Below are positions 58,478 through 64,000 of a stretch of DNA of 64,000 nucleotides, piece after piece; the stretch's first letter is position 1; each line of letters opens with the position of its first letter. The notes under the pieces were generated by a model, which worked only from the letters and a program-made list of their open reading frames with translations, had not been told where the DNA came from and did not search any database. Source of the DNA: Monocercomonoides exilis PA203 (Eukaryota > Protista > Preaxostyla); NCBI GenBank assembly GCA_001643675.2, contig LSRY02000019.1:558001-622000 (forward strand). The letters run 5' to 3'. The position numbers and the translations under genes were made by a program.

Positions 58478-61400
58478 CGATGCTGGAGAAATTAACAGAG
58501 CAAGAAGAAACAATGCAGAAGAGCTGGATTCAGAAGACGACGACGACGATGAAGTGGAAGGAGAAGAGTATCAGTCTGTGTTTGACTTCTGTCGCAACCA
58601 GCTGTCAGCATTGTCAATGCAGATTGAAAGTGATGAGTCTTCTGCTTCTTCTTCTTCTTCTTCTTCTCAAAGTGATCGTCCTACTCCTCTTAACACATCT
58701 CAATCATCATCCTCATCCTCCTCTTCCTCCTCTTCCTCTTCCTCTTCCCCCTCAACCGACGCCTTTCTCCTGAGCCACTTCAAACAAGTGCTGTTTGTCT
58801 CCCTTCCGCGCATCAGTGTCTTCGGCCTGACTGAATGTGCCAGCGTTATTCTTTCCATTCAGAGCGATGAGAACGTCCTCCTCTCCATCCTCGCTGACCA
58901 GCGCCCTCTTCTTTCCCGCTGCCTCGCCCTCATCCTCAACCAGAAGGGCTACCACATCACTACTTCCACTTTCTCTGCTTCTGCTTCTGCCTCTTCCTCT
59001 TCATTATCATCATCATCATCTTCTTCTTCTTTCTCTTCCCCCTCTTCTTCTGGTATAAGCTCTGCTGCCTCTGTCAGCGATGGGCCAGGTCCTGTTCTGT
59101 CGCTCTTCCAACACGAAGGAGAGAACAAGAAAGATGCCGACGCCTCGCCTGATTCTGGAGCACAGCAAGGCATGCAATCTTCTGCTTCTTCTTCTTCATT
59201 ACCATTATCTTCATCCTCTTCATCCTCTTCTTTATCATTATCTTCTTCTTCTTCTTCTTCTTCTCTTTCATCAGCAGGTGCTGGCTCTGCTGCTTCTTCT
59301 CCTTCTTCTCTGTCTTCACCTGGCTCTCCTCCAGCTGCTTCAATGGCCTCTCCCCAGCAGAAGGAGAAAGTGAAGCCGCTGACAGCTGCCTTGTCTGTCC
59401 GCTCGATTGAACTCCTGTTTGAAGAGCTGTGCTCTTCCTCTATGCCATCTGCTGCATCTGCATCTGCTTCTGCTTCTTCTTCTCCTTCTTCACTTAACTC
59501 ATCATCATCTTCTTATCCTTCTTCTTCTTCTTCACATTCTCCTTCTCCTTCCTCCTCATCCATCATCACTCCACAAACCACTCCCAACGACGATGCTGCA
59601 GCTTATCTGTTTCTCTCTCAATTCCCTTCAGTCCGCTCAAATGTGGAAGGCTTAACTCGAATTGCGCAGATGCGCCGGGCGCTCCTCTGCTTGTCTTTTC
59701 TGTCAGACCTCATCGGAAACAAAGAAGGAGCAAAGAAATCGCTCGATTCAGCGCTGGAGCTGTGGATGAATGCGACGTCGTCGTTTGTCAACTCGCTGGC
59801 GTTGTTTGTGCATGGCAACAGACACACACACACCATCCCTGTCAGATCATTACCACAGGAGATAAGACATCTTTGCGAGGATGCTGATGGTTTGGAATGG
59901 GGAGTTTATTTATGTTATTTAATTATTTATTTATTTTATTATTTTGGACAATTGTTGGATTTATTAATCAATTCTATTTATTGTTAAATTAAATTAAATT
60001 AAATTCAAATAATTATTATTTGTTTATATTCCTCCTCATTCACAACTAATAATATTATACATTCTATTCCTATTCCTATTCTCATTCTCATTCTCATTCT
60101 CATTCTCATTCTCATTCTCATTCTCATTCCCATTCCCATCTCCATTCCCATCTTCCATGTCAGACACATGGAAAGGGATCATGCAGCGTGCGTGTGTGAT
60201 GTGGCGCTGGCTGAGTGCGTCTGTGCCGATGGTGCGGCAGCTGCGTGACCTGTCTGCCGAACACGTCAGCGACTTGTTCCATTTGGCTGCTGTGTGGACA
60301 GACAAGAGAGGGCCCTTCGAGACACAGAAGGAGCTGGGCGAGTTCTTGTCACGGGCAGTGCTGTCGAGATATCCGTATTGGGTGTGTGGAGAGAAGATTA
60401 TTTTTTTTTCTTTTTCTTTTTCTTTTTCTTTTTCTTTTTCTTTTTCTTTTTCTTTTTCTTTTTCTTTTTCTTTTTCTTTTTCTTTTTCTTTTTCTTTTTC
60501 TTTTTCTTTTTTAATGATGTTTTGATAATAATAAACATAATATTTCTTTCTCATGGCTCATTTTCATTTCTTATTAAAAAATTTCACTTATTAATCTCAC
60601 TCTCTAAACAAACCAGGCCTGCATCCGCATATTAGACAGCATCAACGCCTTCTTCTCTTCTGACTCAAACATTGCTACTTTCACCACCCCCCGTTCTCCA
60701 TTCCCTTATCTCCCTCTGTGCATCGTGCGTGAGTTCGATGTTATCCGCCTTCTCCACGACTTCCTCATCCCCAATGGCAGCTCCCCTTCTTCATCTTCTT
60801 CCTCCTCCTCCTCTTCCTCTGCCCTTCTATCTCCTTCACATGCCCAGTCCTTCTCCTCCTCTGCAGTGGAGAATGAATGGACCCACGTGATCACCCAGAT
60901 CTCCTCCTTCCACTCGTTCCGGAGCCACGCTCACTGTGCCCTCGCCCGCACGCTGCTAAAGGCGTTGCAAACGAAAGCGATCGCCGTCGCCTTCAACGCT
61001 CTGCTCGGCCGCGTCGACCTCAACAAGCTCTTCACACAGCTCTCCAAAAATCGCACGATGCAGTTTGAAGATGTGCAGTTTGTGCTGACAGCGATGCTGG
61101 ATCTATTGCAGATCGATGTCTCTTTCCTCCGCTCTGCACACACAATGGGCGAGGCTACGAACACGGCACTTGTGAAACAGATGGTCGCATCCAGAGGAGC
61201 TGCACGGCGTGTCATAATTCCACAGATAAGGTTGGATGCTCTTGCTCAACAAAGCGCTTCTTCTTCATCTTCTTCTTCAACTTTGTCTTCTTCTGCGACA
61301 AAGCCTTCTCACTCACTTGCTGATTCACTGCTGGGATCTGCAAGCTCGCTGTCGTGCTGCTTGTGTGACCAGCCACTGCTTATTTTGCCTCAGGGCGATC

Positions 61401-61804
61401 AAGCTGCCCGGCCAAGCGAAAACGATCCATCATCATCATCATCTTCTTCTTCCTCATCTTCTTCATCACCCTCCGACTCCCTCGATCTCTCCCCCTTTAT
61501 CTCCTTCAACTGCGGACACTTTGCCCATCTGCGGTGTGTCCCCGCCCACGGAGGCATGTCCTTCCTTGCCTGTGCCCGCTGCGCCCCTCCGCAGCGCTTT
61601 GCCTACCATCGCTGGGCATCTCGCGAGCAGATACGGCCAGAGCCTCTACCCCTCCAGCCAGCTGAGCCTGGCGCCCCACCCCCAGTTTCCGCACACCCGT
61701 TCGACTGGATGCTGCCGTGGGACGCGCCGACTGCCCAGCTGCGCATTGCTGACGGTGCAACTGTGTGCATCCCGGATAAGAAGTCCTTTAAAATACAGCT
61801 GTAG
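51450..61804 (+). CDS. VPS8: Vps8-like CORVET subunit (N-terminal WD40, alpha-solenoid, C-terminal RING-H2), heavily expanded by low-complexity inserts
   Basis: YGSPTS..VGTESG, AVTAL..IIGRKNGKIEVW, PHVAWR, RWIDTTTLALID; C-terminal CCLCDQPL..FNCGHFAHLRC..CARC; exons join in frame through GT-AG introns. Confidence 0.68.
60401..60512. repeat. Intronic (TTTTTC)n hexamer microsatellite
   Basis: Read directly; a (CATTCT)n tract lies in the preceding intron at ~60080-60130. Confidence 0.9.
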
Positions 61805-62044
61805 GCTTCTCATTAAATTATGAATGAACCTATAAAATGAATTTTTTTAAATGCTTGTGTTTTGTGTCCTTTTATTTCAATGTTTATTGTATTGTTAATT
61901 TTTTATTAATCACTTCTCTCTCTATCTTTGCATTTTTATAGAGTTGATGTGTTCTTACTTGTTTGTTTTTAGAGATGAGATGAAAAAGAAGAGAAATAAT
62001 CTACCCAAAGCCTGCTTTCAATAATCCTAACAAAAAAAATACAT

Positions 62045-62728
62045 TTAAGCCAAGACTCCAGGAGCAGGTCCAGATAATGATGCTACTGAGCTGCTTGAAG
62101 CCTCATCAGAAGGTGGAATAACAGCTAATTTCTTTTGAACGTCCATCAGTATTTTTTGTTTCTTCTCAAGTTCTTTTTGAAGTTGTTCTGAAATGTTACA
62201 AATCTAAAAAATTGCAATAAATCAGCATTATTATGAAACACATAGAACATTTCAAATAAAAATCAAAATCGAGAAAATATCAAACGCCTTCATAATTCGA
62301 TTTGATCGATGGAAGAAATTCGCCAACAGTCCTTTCAACAAGAACATCACCAATCATCCTCCAACACTTACGCGATGCCTCCATTGGAGTTAGTGTTTCA
62401 ATTACAAGTCTACGTTTATAGTTAAAATGATTTTCGAAAAATAGTTTGATAACGATAAAAAGTGCAAAAAAACATGCCATGATAAAATGTAAATCATAAA
62501 AATCATAATAAAAACATTATAAATAAAAAATGTACAGTACCTGTGTTCAACTTTATCATTATCAATTTCAGCTAGTCTTTGAGTTAAATCGACAACTTCA
62601 GAACGAACAGTTTGGAACAATTGTTCAATTGCTTGTGGAGATGTTGCGCTATTGACAACAGGATCTGTTGAAGATGACGTCGAAGAAGTTGAGGAACTTG
62701 ATGGCATCGCTACGTGTGTTTCCGACAT
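62045..62728 (-). CDS. PFDN2: Prefoldin subunit 2, 3 exons
   Basis: EHRLVIETLTPMEASRKCWRMIGDVLVERTVGEFLP and C-terminal GVLA. Confidence 0.92.
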
Positions 62729-62809
62729 TATTAAAAATTTTTATCTAAAATAAAGGCACATTTCCATAATTACAATTTTCATATATTAATTTTTGTGTTT
62801 CAGCCTTAA

Positions 62810-64000
62810 ATGGAACTTGAAAAACAAGAGGGGAACAACATAACTTGGTGGAGTGGCACAGCATTAGATTTAAGATTTTTAGGCGAAGATAATCTTGTTC
62901 AAATTGCAAAACTTGCTTCATCTCCTGAAGAATTTTATAAGAAATATGTTGAACAAAATAATTTTGAAAGCTTAAAGAATGACGTCATGGAAGCGTTAGA
63001 TACAACAAAGGAATATTCAGAAGATTTTTCTTCTCGTGTAATGCAGTATTTTTCTTGTCATTGGATCAAGAATTGCTTGGCAAAAGAAGACCAAAAACAA
63101 AGACAATCAGCTTCATTTGAAAATAAAACCGAAGGATCAGAAGATTCAACTGCAGCGGAAGAAGTTTCAAAACCCGAACAGAAAAATGATGAAGAATCTT
63201 TAACTAATAATACAAATATTGAACAAGATATTGCTAAAAATGAAGAAGGAAAAGAAGTTGAACCAATGGAAAACAAGCAAGAGCTTCATGAAACAGAGGA
63301 AGTATCTTCCCACAATGAGGAAAAAGAAAACGAACAACAAAAAGAGCTACAAAAAGACTCTGGTTTTTCGATGGCAGTGAGCCTTTCAGAATCTCAAGAG
63401 CAATTAAGAAAGGTTTGAAAAAAACGAGTTCATTTTAATTATAGATTTAATTTTTTATTTAGACACTTCCATCGACATTGCTTTCGGAAACAAAGGCTTC
63501 AACTAATATTATGTCAATGGCCAAAACTCAAAATGAAATTATTGAGATACTTTTCCAACAAATAGCGGATCTTCGTGACTGGTACATTTCACAAATTGGT
63601 GTTGTCAACGCAGAGTTGAAGCAGATCAAGGAAGACCAGAAGAAACTAGCAAACTCATTTAATGAAATGAGAAAATTCATCCAAAATTATTCACAGCAAG
63701 TCAAAAAACAAATAAATAATCTCGAGTCACAGATGTCAAATAGCCCATCGTTGATGCCCGGACAGCAGATGATGCAGCCAATGCAGCCAATCCAACCAAT
63801 GCAATCAATGCAATCAATGCCATCCATGCAGTTTGTGATTCCCCCACTACCTCCACAACAGCCCCAATACATGTACGTTCATCCACAAGTCTCACAGCCT
63901 TCGATGATGAACGTTGGATATGCTACGCCCATGCCACCTCCAATAATGAGCCAGCCACCTCCAAGCCAGCTCCCTTCATTTCCACCACCAATTGCCCAGA
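62810..64000 (+). CDS. Hypothetical protein (acidic region, coiled coil, MQP/Pro-rich), runs off the window
   Basis: ORF 62810-63412, intron from 63413, then an open frame with MQPMQPIQPMQSMQ and poly-Pro to the end. Confidence 0.65.

Noticed and set aside
1-64000. tRNA, rRNA or CRISPR arrays
   Set aside because: No cloverleaf, rRNA-like or repeat-spacer pattern seen; a covariance-model scan would be needed to exclude small RNAs.

Overview
Gene-dense, AT-rich eukaryotic protist DNA with short GT-AG introns and the standard code (genes end in TAA/TAG/TGA). Poly-Ser/poly-Glu tracts and the receptor family resemble an oxymonad such as Monocercomonoides; that assignment is inference. Recognisable genes: MORN3-like, RPL8, glucosidase II alpha (GH31), eIF2B-beta, SURF6, NF-X1-type zinc finger, class-2 DYRK, a BAR-like protein, eIF6, Vps8-like and prefoldin 2, plus several hypothetical genes. 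Most notable: (1) two homologous single-pass beta-helix surface receptors with different module numbers and different tails, one ending in a C-lobe-only pseudokinase; (2) a transposon-rich island (~33.9-48.6 kb) around the larger receptor, holding a perfect 446-bp-arm foldback element, a complete Merlin transposon (106-bp TIRs, 8-bp TSD, three nonsense codons) and an older degenerate foldback, with another foldback at the window's left edge; (3) a membrane-anchored 5'-nucleotidase-family protein lacking its metal ligands; (4) a GTTTG-dominated splice donor consensus. Exon boundaries were derived by hand.
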